From: Camelus ferus
Taxonomy: Eukaryota
DNA: 64,000 bases
Assembly (NCBI RefSeq): GCF_009834535.1
Contig: NC_045697.1
Coordinates: forward strand, 45,572,001-45,636,000
Reading direction: 5' to 3'
How positions within the stretch are numbered: the first letter of the stretch is position 1; each line of letters starts with the position of its first letter. The translations under genes and the position numbers were made by a program. The notes beneath the pieces are model-generated. The model searched no databases. It was not told the DNA's origin and worked only from the letters and a program-made list of their open reading frames with translations. This document shows, piece after piece, positions 12,364 through 25,409 of this stretch.

Positions 12364-13331
12364 AATAATCTCTTTCTTGCTATAGAATTTCATTTATTCA
12401 TTCTTTGAGCACATAGTACTGAGTACATTCTAGGAGCAAGGAACTTGTATTTAGTGGATATGAAACAAAATATGTTTTATTTTGGATTTTGAATTTTTTG
12501 TTTTGAAAAGCTTTTTCAAAAGTTTTTAGAACCAACTCCCCTTTTCCTTTGGTCCATCCTTGCCCCCATCCCAGGCATATCACGCAGTTTCTATCCTTTC
12601 ACTATGAAAAAATATTTTTCTTGACTTTGGATTTTACACAGATACCATCACATGAGTAATACATAGTTTTCAAAAGTTAAAAAAAAAAACAAACTAAGCA
12701 ACCCAAGCATATATGACTTTTAAGTTTTAACCTTTGCCCCCAGATATGATTAAAAGTCATGATATAAATACAGTCCTTGAAAATATGTAAAATGTAAATA
12801 TTTCTCCTTGAACAAAATCAAAATATCATGGGACATGTTTTAAAAATATTTAAATAAAATATATTTTCTAAGTTAACGCTCAGAAATGCACTTAGGACCA
12901 TGCTGTTTTCAGTGTTACGCACATACAAAAAGGGATATTAGAATTCTGAGTACATATGTGAGATGAGAGTCTCCTTTCCCTAAATGACTCATGTCTCCAT
13001 TCAGAGCAAAAAGTGACTGGACATCCCCAGGATCAGAGCAAACAGATGCTCTACCCACTGGCTCCCTGAGGGCTAATTCTGCTGCTAAGCATGGAGAAGT
13101 GTGCCCACTTGTAAGTTCCATTTAAACTCCCCCTAAATTCTTCCTCACTGATTTCTAATAATTTACTAAGTTTTGAAGTTTCTTCTTTAAGGACAGTACA
13201 TGCTCTAAGTTTCAACATAGCTTTTCATTTCTAAATTTAAAAACTTAAGAGTCAAGTATCTAATAGTTTTTGAGTAAGTGTAGAGATACAATAAAATTTG
13301 AAGAGATACAAAAGCATAAAAGCAGACTTAC

Positions 13332-13461
13332 CTTAGGGTCCACGTTGAGAATTTTTCTGTCTTTTTTGTATTTAAAAAGTAAGCCTTCTGGATTATCAGC
13401 AATCACTTGGTAATTGGGAGTTGAATTACAAACGGCAATATGACTGTCCCAGTTGTAAAAG
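13332..13461 (-). CDS. CFAP299: Internal coding exon of cilia- and flagella-associated protein 299 (C4orf22), probably the penultimate exon
   Basis: Translation (S)[43 protein letters not shown] closely matches the C-terminal part of CFAP299 as I recall it. Minus-strand acceptor ttatttttatAG|C (AG at 13463-13462), branch-point-like CCTAAT at 13485-13480, donor AAG|GTAAGT (GT at 13331-13330). 130 nt, phase 2 in and phase 0 out. Flanking exons were not found in the window. Confidence 0.93.
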
Positions 13462-13959
13462 CTATAAAAATAACCATTCATTAGGAATTAATATGTATAA
13501 TGCATTGAATTGACAAATACATTTTAAAAATATTTGAGGCAGTTCAGTTTCAAGATAAATGGACAGAAGAATTACAGTCTGTACAACCATGTAGAACACA
13601 TGTGTGATTAAAAGTCTTACAGAAAAGATTAGACTGTGAGTTATTCTCAAATCATTTAGATACATATTTATGACTATTTTGCATGATTTCCTGGTTTGGA
13701 CACTCCAGGACCCAGGGCCTATTCCAATATTACATTCCCAGGAAGTCAAGAAGAAAATTGATGCAATTTAAGGCTATTTCTTCTAGCACAGACCCTTCAG
13801 GGTATTGACTATTCAGGGTATTAAGAGGCTATTTACTGGAAGGAAAGGCAGGTTAAGTCACTTCTTTTCATTCAAAACAAATTAATTCATTTCTTTAAGG
13901 ATCTATTTTTCAATAATATGTTTCCCAGGCAGTAAGAAAACTACTTGTGTTTAAGAGGT

Positions 13960-14165
13960 TACCATAGGCCAGGCATGATGTGATGTATTCTATCACAGCA
14001 CCCGTATGAAATTGCTCTCATTTCAAAGGCAAGGCAAGAAGACCAGGGGAGGTCAACCAGCAGAGTTAACACCCTACACCTAATACATCATAGGGCTAAT
14101 ATTTCAACCCAGATCTGTGTGTTTCAAAGCATACACATGTGCTTTCTACTGTTCAGCACTGCTTG
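13960..14165 (-). mobile_element. MIR SINE
   Basis: accataggccaggcatgatg ... atttcaacccagatctgtgtgtttcaaagc...gtgctttct. Confidence 0.6.
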
Positions 14166-14365
14166 CATTTGATCCTTTTTCTGGGATGATCTTCTACGGA
14201 AAAATTCTATTTTTTTTTCCAGATCTTATTTTATACCTACTTGTCAAGAACAAATATAATGCTGTTATGTGAGTTGAAAATATCCTCCATATACTTATTT
14301 TTACATATATTATTGCCACTAATGCATATCCAGCGTTATGTTTTCTTTTAAAATGACAGCCACAG

Positions 14366-15876
14366 GAAGTGAGGCCAAGATGGCAGATTAGAAGGAGCTT
14401 GAGCTCTTCTCCTCTTACGAGCACTCCAAAATCACAACTAACTGCTGAACAACCATTGATAAAAAAGACTGGAGCCTACCAAAAATGACCCCTTACAACT
14501 AAAAACAAAGAAGGAATCATAATGTGATGGCAGGAAGGGTGCACTTGTGATATATCAAATCCCATATCCCCTGGTGAGCAACTCACAAACTGGAGAATAA
14601 TTATATTGCAGAGGTTATTCCACAGGAGTAAGAGTTCTGAGCCCACATCAGGCTCACCAGTCTGGAGGTCCAGCATTGGGAAGAGGAGCCCCAAGAGCAT
14701 TTGGATTTGAAGGCCAGTGGGGCTTAATTGCAGGAGCTTCACAGGACTGGGAGAAATAGACTTCACTCTTAAAGGACACACACCAAAATTTCATGCACAC
14801 CGAGACCAAAGGCAAAAGCAGTAACTTCACAGAGCCTGAGTCAGACCTACTTGCTGGTTTTGGAGCATTTCCTGGGGAGATAGGGGGCAGCTGTGGCTCT
14901 CCCTGGTGACATAAAAACTGGTGGTGGTCATATCAGGGAGTATTCATCTGCATGAACAAACAACTCAATTAAAAAATGGGCAGAAGACTTAAACAGACAT
15001 TTCTCCAAAGAAGTCGTACAGATGGCCAACAGGCACATGAAAAGATGCTCAACATCGCTAATTATTAGAGAAATGCAAATCAAAACAACGAGGTGTCACC
15101 ACACACTGGTCAGAATAGCCATCATCAAAAGGTCTACAAATAATAAATGCTGGAGAGGGTTTGGAGAAAAAGGAACCCTCCTACACTGTTGGTGGGAATG
15201 TAAATTGGTGCAGCCCCTATGGAAAACAGTATGGATGTTTTTTAAAAAAGTAAAAATAGATTTATCATATGATCCAGCAGTCCAATTCCTGGGCATATCT
15301 CCAGAGAAAAGTATAATTCAAAAAGACACATGCACCCCAATGCTCATAGCAGCACAATAGACAAAACATGGAAGCAACCTCTATGTCCATCAACAGATGA
15401 ATGAATAAGGGGGATGTTGTATACACACACACATGGGAATATTACTCAGCCATAAAAATGTAATAATGCCATTTTCAGCAACATAGATGGACCTAGGAAT
15501 TATCGTACTAAATGAAGTAAGTCATACAGAGAAATACAAATATCGTATGATATTGCTTATATTGGAATCAAAAAATGATACAAGTGAATTTATTTATAAA
15601 CCAGAAATAGACTCACAGACATAGGAAAGAAACCTGTAGTTACCAAAGGGGAATGACAGGGGAGGGATAAATTAGGAGTTTGGGATTAACAAATGCACAC
15701 TACTGTATATAAAGTAGATAACCAACAGGGACCTACTGTATAGCACAGGGAACTATACTCAATATCTTGTAATAACCTATAATGGAAAATAATATGAAAA
15801 ATAATATATATATGTACAACTGAATCACTTTGCTGAAACTAACACAGCATTGTAAATCAACTATAATTCAATTAAC
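14366..15876 (+). mobile_element. Internally deleted L1: 5' UTR (~14366-14953) joined to ORF2 C-terminus and 3' UTR
   Basis: Starts with caagatggcagattagaagg (L1 5' end with YY1-type motif). ORF 15022-15360 is the L1 ORF2 C-terminus ([19 protein letters not shown]...[16 protein letters not shown]). TSD aaatgacagccacag (14351-14365) and aattgacagccacag (15877-15891). Confidence 0.9.
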
Positions 15877-17129
15877 AATTGACAGCCACAGAGATAATAC
15901 ATGTATAGCTCACAGCCTAGTATATCTCTCAATATTTGCAATATTCATTTTCAATCATTTCCCTTTTTCTGGGTTGTTTTGCCCTCTGTTACCCCCTTCT
16001 TCATTTTGAAAGAGTAGATTTCATTGATTACACTCTGAATTATATTATATATTTTCTGAGGCATCAATTTTTTGCTATTACCTGAAATTGTAATGTGTAA
16101 ACCTTCAAAGTTTTCAATACTCAAAAAAAACCCCAAAACTGATTATATATTTATATCTTCAGGGGTGCATGTTAGTGAGAACTATTCTCTCTCTTCTCCT
16201 CTCACTCCTCTATGGCCAAGACCTGGGAGTGCCTGTCCTTTTTGAAGCACAGAGTTAGGAAAAGTGGGTTTTTCCTAAACAGGTATCTCTGTCTGTTTAG
16301 TCAACCCTCCTCAAGAGAGCAATTCTCTGATTTGAGAATTGAGGAAAAAAGCCGAACATCCATGGATTTCTAGGCCCTCACTTTAGCTAGCTTTCATAAG
16401 TGAAGTTTATCATGGCAGGCTCAGTTCCCAGTAGGGTGATGGTAGGAGAGCAGCGTGTAGCACTGGTGATAAATTCAATTCAGTGGTAAAGGGATTACTA
16501 GCCAATTTGAATATGCACTCAAGCTGGGTTCCCCGATTCAGATTAACTCGTAATAAAGAAGATAAACTGACCTTCATTCTCCTGGCTGTTCAGTTAGGAA
16601 ATTGACAAATTGCGATAGAGGACATGGATGTGATTCTTAACTATACATATATCTGAGATAAATAGATAATAGATAATCCCAGTAAAATGCTTGAGTCACA
16701 GTTATGCTCAGACTGGCATGGTTTATATCGCATTCCTATCTTGTTGCTCACACCTCAAGTTAATAGCCTTATTGAAGTCCAGGCAAATTTTATATATATA
16801 TAATGCAAAAAAAAAAAAGTTAATTTGTATAGCATGTGGTATTTTTGATAAAGTGATTTTGATTGTTTGTCAATACTTTTGTTTTCCAAGGCAGGGAAGG
16901 GACCAGGTTTCATTTCACATGTCAATTCTAACAGCTAATAATTATTAGTATTTAATAAAGACAGTATTTAAAGAAGTATTAAAGAAGTATTTAATAAAGA
17001 TAACCAACATTCAGTAAGCATGTGTTGGGTACTATTCTGAGACAAATGAATCTCTTACCTCATTTAATCTTATTTTCAACCCTATGAAGTGGGTATAAAA
17101 CTATCCCCCTTCATACATGCAGAGCCCAG

Positions 17130-17900
17130 GTGATTTTGAAGTGTATACTTTTGAATGAAAATGAGACACTGGATTTGAGAACACATGGAAAAGTGGATTT
17201 AATGGTTATGAGAAAGACAGGGACGAGGTAAGGAACTACGATTACTCTCAGATTTCTGATCTGGATACCTAAGTGGATGGAATTATTTACTAGGAAATAA
17301 AATACAAGGAAAAGAACAGATTGCAGGAGGTGTGTGTTGAGGGGAACGGGCAGTTTAGTTCTAGATATGTTGAATTTGAAATCCTAATGAAACATCCAAG
17401 AAAATGAAAGCAAGCATCTTGGTTTGTCTTGTGTACTGCCCTATTACAATTCCTTTTCTCAGCCCATGCCTGACACATGGTAGATTTTGAACGCATATTA
17501 ATGGAATAAGTAGATAATGAGTGTATTCCTGAACTTTAGAAAGTTTTCTTAGATGGAGTAATATATCTTGAAGTACCAGCGGTATTTAAATTTAAAGAGG
17601 TGGTTGAGATGGACAAAGGAGAAGATGGAAATAAGGGTGAAATCTGGGAATATCAATTCACAAGGAAGAAAGAGGAATCAGCAAAGGAGGCTAAAAACAG
17701 TGATCTAAAGCATCACCAGGAGAGGTTTTTTTTTTTTTTTAAAAACTGCAGAGAAGAATATATCAACGAATAGTATTTTAAGAAACACAGCAGTGCTAAA
17801 TGCCTCATGAAGTAGATAACGTGTGAAAAGAGTCCATCAAAACGTACACTTGGAAAGAGATTACAGGAAAAGCAGTTGCAGTAAAATGGTGGGAGCAACA
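17130..17900 (-). mobile_element. Degraded L2 fragments
   Basis: cagtttagttctagatatgttgaatttgaaat, gtatttaaa...gttgagatggac, gaggaatcagcaaaggaggct. Confidence 0.6.
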
Positions 17901-18371
17901 CTCAGGTTAGAGAAAATTTAAGGGAAGATGAGAAAAGATTATGGAATAAAAATAATTCCTTTATGAATTTGATTATGAAGGAAACAAGAAAACTAGGACA
18001 GCACCAAGAAGGATATAAAAAATTAAGGGTCAATTTTTAAAAAGATGAAATATTTTGAATATAGTTCCATGATATGAAGAGGGAAAAGTAGAGAAAAAAG
18101 ACTATAAAGAGGGAGGTGCTGTCAAAAGGCTTTGTCATGAAAAATTATATATGAGAAGATCTATCTAATATGCAACAGCCCTATGATATTCCTTTATCTA
18201 TGCAGGTTAATTTGATTTTAGTAAGAGCTCTGCATATTACTATTCCTATTATATAGATGAGATAACTGGAGTTAAGAGAAGATAATTAAAATTTTTAAGT
18301 TTACCTAACTAGTAAATACTAGAATACAGTCTTGAGCCCAGTCTATATAGCATCTAAACAAGTACTCTTTC

Positions 18372-20987
18372 TTAAAATTTTACTTTATTGTGGTAAGAAC
18401 ACTTAACAGGAGAACTGCCCTCTTAACAAATTTTTAAGTGTACAATACATTACTTTGACTGTAGGTACAATGTTGTACAGCAGAGCTCTATAGCTTATTC
18501 ATCTGATGTAAGTGAAATTTTATGCCTGTTGATTATTAACTCCCCAACTCCGCCTCTCCATTCCCAGGCAACCACAACTTCATTTTTGATTCTGTGGATT
18601 TGACTAATTTAGATACCTCATATAAGTGAAATCATACAGCATTTGTCTTTCTGTGACTGGCTTATTTCACTTTCTTAATGCCCTCAAGGGTCATTGTGTT
18701 GTCACATATTGCAGGATTTCCTTCTTTTTTAAGGTTGAATAAAAATTCCATTAAATGTATATACCATGTTTTCTTTATCCATTCATCTGTCAATGGACAT
18801 TTAGGTAGTTTCCACATCTGGTCTATTGTGACAAATTTCTTTTAGGTTGCAAGTAGATGAGTGATTGAAAAAAAAAACATTCAGGCACTGTATATTTCTT
18901 GATTGGAGAGTTTAATTCACTTATACCTAAAACAATTATTGAAAGGGAAGGATTTACTCCTGCCATACTATTAACTATTGTCAGTTCTTTTGTCTGTCTT
19001 TTCCTCTCCTGCCGTCTTCCTGTTGTGTTAATTTTTTAATTGATATGCTTTAAATACTTGATTTTTTTCTTTTGTGTATCTTCTATGAGTAATTTTTTTG
19101 TAGTTATCTTGGGGTTCACATGAAATACCTTATAGTAGTAAACATTAACTTTAAGCTGATAATAAGTTTAATCACATACACAAACTTTACATTTTAACTT
19201 CTCCCCTCCTTTCACTTTATGCTATTGTTGTAAAAATGTACATCTATTCATACTGTGTATCTTTTCATTTTTTTAGTTATAGTTATTTTTAATACTTTTA
19301 TCTTATACTTTTACAGTAGAATTAAAAGTGATTTACCTACTGCCATTACAGTAATTCAGTACTCTGTATTTGTTTATATATTTACCTTTATTAATGAGTT
19401 TCATACTTCCTTATATTTTCATGTTTCTGCTTAGTATCCTTTCATTTCATTTTGAATAACTCTCTTTAGCATTTTTTGTAAGGCAGATCTAGTGGCAGTG
19501 AACTCTCCAAGCTTCTTTTCTCTCTGGGAAAGTCTTGATCTCTCCTTCATTTCTGAAGGACAGTTTTGCTGGGAATAGTATTCTTTGCTGGTAGCTCTTT
19601 CCTTTGAGCACGTGAATATATCATCCCACTCCTTTCTGGCCTGCAAGGTTTCTACTGAAAATCTGCTGATGGTTTTATGAGCAGCAGTGGGGGGAGGTGT
19701 CTGCTGGAAATGACAAGTTGCTTTTCTCTTGCTGCTTTCAAAATTCTTTGTCTTTGACTTTTGACAATTTAATTATAAATATCTTGAAGCTGATTTCTTT
19801 GACTTACTTAATTTGTGCCCCTTGAGCTTTCTGGATCTGTATGTCCCTTTCTTTCCCCAGACTTTGGAAGTTTTCAGTCATTATTTCTTTGAATAAAATT
19901 TCTCATCCTTTATCTCTCTTCTCATTCTGGGAGTCTCATAATGTGTATACTTGTTCCTTGATGGAGTCCCATAACTCATTTAAGCTTTCTTCAGCCTTTT
20001 TCATTGTTTTCTTTTTGCTCCTCTGACTTATTTATTTACAGTGACCTGTCTTTGAGATCACCGATGTTTTCTGTTGCTTGATCTAGTCCAATATTGAAAC
20101 TCTCTAGTGATTTTTTTAAGTTCAGTTATTGTTTTTCATGCCATGATTTCTGTTTTGCTCTTTTTAATATTTTATATCTCTTTATTGAATTTCTCGCTTT
20201 ACTCATGTATTGTTCTCTTGAACTCAGTGAGCATCTTTATGTCAGTTATTTTGAATTCTCTTTTAAGTAAATCAGATTATTATCTTTCTTTAGGATCAGT
20301 TTCTGGAGATTTATCTTATTCCCTTTTGGGGGAACATTTTTGTCTGATTCTTGATATTCCTTGACTTTCTGTGTTGCTGCCTGCATATTAGATAAGGCAG
20401 GCAGCTCTTCTAGGATTCATGGACTGACCTTATTATACAGAAGAAGACCTCCATCAATCAACTTTGCCAGAGATTCACTATCCTTTTCTAAATTTTTTCC
20501 TCCCCAGGGAGAAGCATGCAGCTGTGGGTTTTGTCCTTTGCTCTGCAATGAGCAGAAAGTAGGATCTATGATGTCTACCAGCCCAAGACACTGTCACCAT
20601 TTTCCCCTAGGTGGATAGACTGTTTCTGGGCCATCAGAACTCCAAGACTGCAAAACTAGAAGTCAGTCCTCTGGGGACTTAGAAGACTTGGGGGTCTGGA
20701 TACAGAAACCAACTCCTGCCTCCCCGGGAGAAGCTGAGAGCAAGGAGGTTTCTTTTTGATAGTATGGTGCTATGTTGGTAGTAGAGATTCCAGCAAGAGT
20801 CGGGGAGGGTCCCAAACCTCTCTACCGGCTTTGGTGAGGCTGGTTTTGCATTTGTCTGGGGTGCAGGAACCTTTCAATTAGTTTCTGGATTTCTCACAAG
20901 GGAATTTGTCTGAGGATTGTTGCTAAATCTGTGTATTTGTGGGGAGAAGAAAAGTCCAGTCCTATTTTGTTATCGTGCTGATGTCAA
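18372..20987 (-). mobile_element. Old L1 (L1MA-like) retaining 3' UTR, ORF1 and 5' UTR but lacking most of ORF2
   Basis: 18372-18835 is an L1MA 3' UTR (tgtggtaagaacacttaac..., ttctgtgactggcttatttcac). ORF 19431-19646 resembles the ORF1 C-terminus (QARKEWDDIF...KLGEFTATRSALQKMLK). 5' UTR-like sequence runs to ~20987. Confidence 0.75.
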
Positions 20988-22629
20988 CAATACAAATGCT
21001 TTTTTTAACTTGCTATTTCTTGATTTCTTTTAAGTGGCAAAGTAATTATCAATGTAGAATAATAAGTTAATGTATATTTAAACCTTAATTCTACTCCTTT
21101 TAAGCAACCTATATCCAGATCCACATTCAAGATGCTGTTATAACTCATAACTCTATTTCAATTTTTATTGTCTATTAGTATTCCTTGTTAGTTTATCTAC
21201 AGTACTTTTTTCATCTTACTGAGGCCTTGAGCTCCCTGGATCACTCTTTTAATTCTAATTTGCAACAATTAATTTCTTAATTTCTTTACTTTTATATATC
21301 ATTCTCAAGACACTTGCTAACAGTCACAAATTTCTTGTTCAACAGATCCTCTTTATATTGAAAAATACCAGCTCTAGGTCAATTCAAATATTTACCTTTT
21401 CTATTCCTGCATATAGTCTTCTGACAAGTCTTGCTGAAAATAACATATTATACTGTTGATTTAATTATAAACTCCAAATTTCTAACCCCACCTGGATTCC
21501 ACACACTGCGGAGTTATTTTTTACATGTCTCTAGCTATCTTTCTCTACCATTTATTATATTGTTCATGTATTCTATTCCTCTACCTCCCTTCTTACTCTC
21601 AGAGGATGGCTTCACGTCTTACTCTATTAAGAGAAAAATGATATTAAATGGGAAAATGATCAATATCCGTCACTAGAAAATTTATTTTTACTGACAATGT
21701 TCTCTTCCTCTCTTCATTCAGCTCAGAATAAATGCCCCTCTTCCTTTCCAAGATAAAAAATCATCTGTGTGTTCTGAATTTCATTCCTTATTGCCTCCTT
21801 AGTTACTTCAAATAATTTTCCAACACTTCTCTAATATAATCAAACTCATCTCACTGTAAAATTTTCCCAAAACTAACAAACACATGTAAGTAACTTTAGC
21901 TAAGTAGAGAAAAGAAAGAAGAAAAGTGGCACTCAATAAACGTTCATTGACTGAAAGAGTGACATATGCCCATCTCTACTATTATTATTTATGATCCAAT
22001 TGATTATAATATTTTTAGTTATTACAGAATTAAAATAAAGAAGTAGCAAGAAAAATATTTTAAAAGGTAATTAAGAGAGTTGATCTGGAACATTAATCTG
22101 GGACTTATGAAATCTAAACCCTCATGCAATGGTTTCAGTTTTCTCTTATCTAAAGTTTAGAGGTTGAACTATATATTGCAAAGGCTCTATAAAATGGTAA
22201 TAGTCTATTATTATAAAAGCCTTCTTTGATTCAATGAGTTCTTACACATTATTTTGATTTATTAGTGTTCACATCTTGAAAAATATTTGTAGAAAAGTTC
22301 ATACTGTATCTAAAATAGATAGAAGAACTTAAGGGATAAGTGGTGTGAAATTATTTAAGGTTTTGAAATAAAAAACAAGCTTTCTTTTGCTTCTAATGAT
22401 AAATATCCTAGAAATTGGGCATTTTAGTGTATAAGAGTACCTATACACAACTTATACAAATAAAGTGGGATAATGAAACAAAATAAATATGTGTAAAGTC
22501 TGTTCATTAAGTTACTAGGGGATCTCAGGTATGTTTTTGGAAACAATGGCCTGTTTGTTATCTATTTCACATGAGAACTCCTGATACCAGAGAAAATATT
22601 TTAATGCCATCCCAGGGCAACAGAGCTTT

Positions 22630-22647
22630 GGACCACCAGGGGGAGTA
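22630..22647 (+). promoter_or_regulatory. Candidate CTCF binding site
   Basis: GGACCACCAGGGGGAGTA is close to the CTCF core consensus GCCACCAGGGGGCGC. Confidence 0.5.
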
Positions 22648-23358
22648 TATTTCAAAGCCATTGTCTCCAGAATACCCTGTTTGCCCTGGTTTTGCTCAGT
22701 ATCTTCCTTCAATGGAATGGAAAGGAAATTATGGAAGCACAAAAAGGCCAGTGTTATCAAAGATTAGAAAAATTTGCACATAAAAATACGTTTAAAGGCA
22801 AGCCGAGGTCTTACGGGTGAATGCAGAACAAAAATAATGACTATAACAATTATAGTCTCTAGCACATGAAGTATAGAGGAAAAAATGAGACCCCCACCAC
22901 GTGAACATGGAATCTGACATCACAGAGCACATGCCACTGAAACAGAAATTATCAGCATCTACGAGACTTTCCTTATGAATATAACCAACAGTTTATATAG
23001 ATGAGGAGGGAGTTTTTGTTTCAACTTCCGTTAATAATGGAATCTTTTGGGGTTTTAAACAGTTGGACCAGTAGGCATTTATAGTACCTAATACTTGTAT
23101 ATGCTTATAAAGTTAAAACATATTTTATGAGAGAAAAAGAATATTTATAAGATACAATTTTTAGGACAGAGAGATATTCCTAGTTAAAGGAAATGTGTAG
23201 AAACATAAATAAACAAAAACCTACAAAACTAGTTTTTGTGAAATCAAAAGATTTCATTAAAAAATGAAAATTCAGGAGATTTTATATGAGTCATGGGGAC
23301 ATTTAAGTGTTAAACATTATTTTCTCCTTTTTAATCCCTATGTAGACAGCTGTAGGTA

Positions 23359-23487
23359 GGATGGCCTTACAGTGTTACTGTCCAGAGTAAAATCCTTCTG
23401 AGAAAGAAAAGAGCTGTTACTGATTGTGCCAAGACAATAAGAGTAAGCCTAGATGATGCCAGGAAAACTGAGATGTGTGGTCTCCAC
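23359..23487 (+). mobile_element. MER94-like hAT-Blackjack MITE
   Basis: aggatggcc..gtcca...ctgagaaagaaaagagctgttactgattgtgccaagacaataagagtaagcc...ccaggaaaactgagatgtgtggtctcc follows the MER94 layout as I recall it. Confidence 0.6.
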
Positions 23488-24382
23488 ACCTACAAACCAT
23501 TTAAACACTGCTGTTTTAGAATTGATTTATCCAATGGTTGTCTAAAATGTTTCCAAAGTTTTGCCACAGACTTGCCAAAAATATGATAAAGATGTTTAAA
23601 CAATGCTAAAACATATTTTCCTATGGTTGATCCCTTTTATTTTATTTTATTGCTGTGGAAAAATTATATTAAATGGAATTGCAATTGTGGTATAGAGACA
23701 TGAAATTTAATCTCGAATAATAAATACTCCTGTTCTTTTTCTATTTGTCAAATAATCTCAAGGCAGTAAAACATTCTATAACAAACTAATTTTCTGAAAT
23801 ATGATATTCCAAGTAAAAATATAGGTTTGATCAGTTATTTTGGTTGGTAAGAATATGAAATCTAAAGTTTAGTGTTTCCATAAGTTAGCTGAGTTGGCTC
23901 CTATTCATGGCTACATAATGTATCTCTAACTTCAATCAGCTGCTTAATAAATGCATGTACCACTTGGGAAAATATAGGTAACTGTTGAACAACACACTTT
24001 AACTATTAAAATAATTGGGGACATTAAAAGCCCTAGTGACAGGTGGTCAGGAGGGTCATTCTTTCAATTCAACACATCAAAAATACAAACAAAGAATTAT
24101 AATACAGCATGAAAAATGATACAACAGAAATTTTGTGTCAGGTATTTTTGGACAGTAGAGGTCAAAAAAGAGTATGTATCTTGATGAAATAAATTTCCAA
24201 TGAGATTTTCCTGATGTAAAGCAGCAGGAACAAGCATTTTACGTAGAAAGGATAGTAAAAGTTAGATTAGATAAGAACAAAAAAATGTACATACATCAGT
24301 GTTAACCTTTTTGAGAGACTTTCAGTAGTTTACTAGATGAGGCAGAAGGTAAACTGCTGTGGATTGAGAATTAAATGTGAAA

Positions 24383-25241
24383 TGTGATTCTTAATTGTCT
24401 CCTACCCAAGTGCAGAAACTTTGAGTGAGCCTTCCCTTTGGGGCTGGAGTGAGCTCAGGGTAAAGAAAGCAAAGAGAGTTGGTAAGGTTGGCTCTCCTAT
24501 CGCTTTCAGGCATGTAGATAGAAAGGAGTGTTTATTTCCACCAGGAAAATTACTCCTAATTTCACCTGAGTAAGAAGACAGATGGGTACCTGTCTGGCAT
24601 GTTCACCATCATGTGCTCTGAGCCAAAAGTGTGGTGTCAAGTGGATGGACTGGTTGTGGAAGGTGCTAAGGGAGAGGTGAACTGGAATATAATAGCAGGG
24701 ATACCTAACAGATTATAATAGGTCCTCAAGGGTAGAGAATATTATAACCCAATGGGCAGATTTCTTAAGTCACCATCAAGGAGCTCCCTGTTCAGAGGAA
24801 CCCTTCTCATGGGTAGAATTTCTAAGGAAGGATTTCATACATGCTTCCATACTCCTAAAGCTGGCCTCCTTACCGAGGCCCTAGCCTTCTGGTAGGGGGC
24901 ATCTGGAATGCTTCATTGCTAGCCCCATGCAATGGGAATGGAATAGGCAATAATAACAGATGTACCTATTACCATATCTCCCCAGAATAGGACTATGTAG
25001 ATAGATTTTTGAGTTATACAAACCTGTTTCTGACTTTGCATTCAGAGCAAGTATTAGAAACATCCCAGGGTACCTCTCAGTTGCAGATCACAGAGTGAGA
25101 ACCTCAAGGTCAAGCAAGAATGCCACATCCAGTCCTATAGTAACTGGGCTAGGTGGCCATTTGTGGTGAAGAGACTAAAGAGGAAGCACTTTCCCAATGC
25201 AGAAACATGAGGGAATGGTGCAGGGATAGGGTGAGTGTCAC
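24383..25241. mobile_element. Possible ancient LTR (family uncertain)
   Basis: GC-richer block bounded by tgtga...tcaca. Confidence 0.3.
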
Positions 25242-25409
25242 AGAGAGCCCTATCTTAATCTCATTATCTTTCTGACATTATTAAAACAACTACTGCTAAT
25301 GTTATTTTGCACTGATGTAGTGCTTTGTCATTTACAAAGAGCTTTCACCTTTATACTCTTGTTTAATGTCCAGAAGAATGATGTGACTTAGGCAGGGTGC
25401 TTATTTAGA

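Noticed and set aside
1..13300. Terminal CFAP299 exon (about AQPGDNSTR...DHISRRKT from memory)
   Set aside because: Not found by eye; probably beyond the left edge of the window. A tblastn search would settle it.
13260..13481. 73-aa ORF as a stand-alone gene
   Set aside because: Only 13332-13461 is exon; the MNGYFY and VSLLLCF ends are read-through into introns past canonical splice sites.
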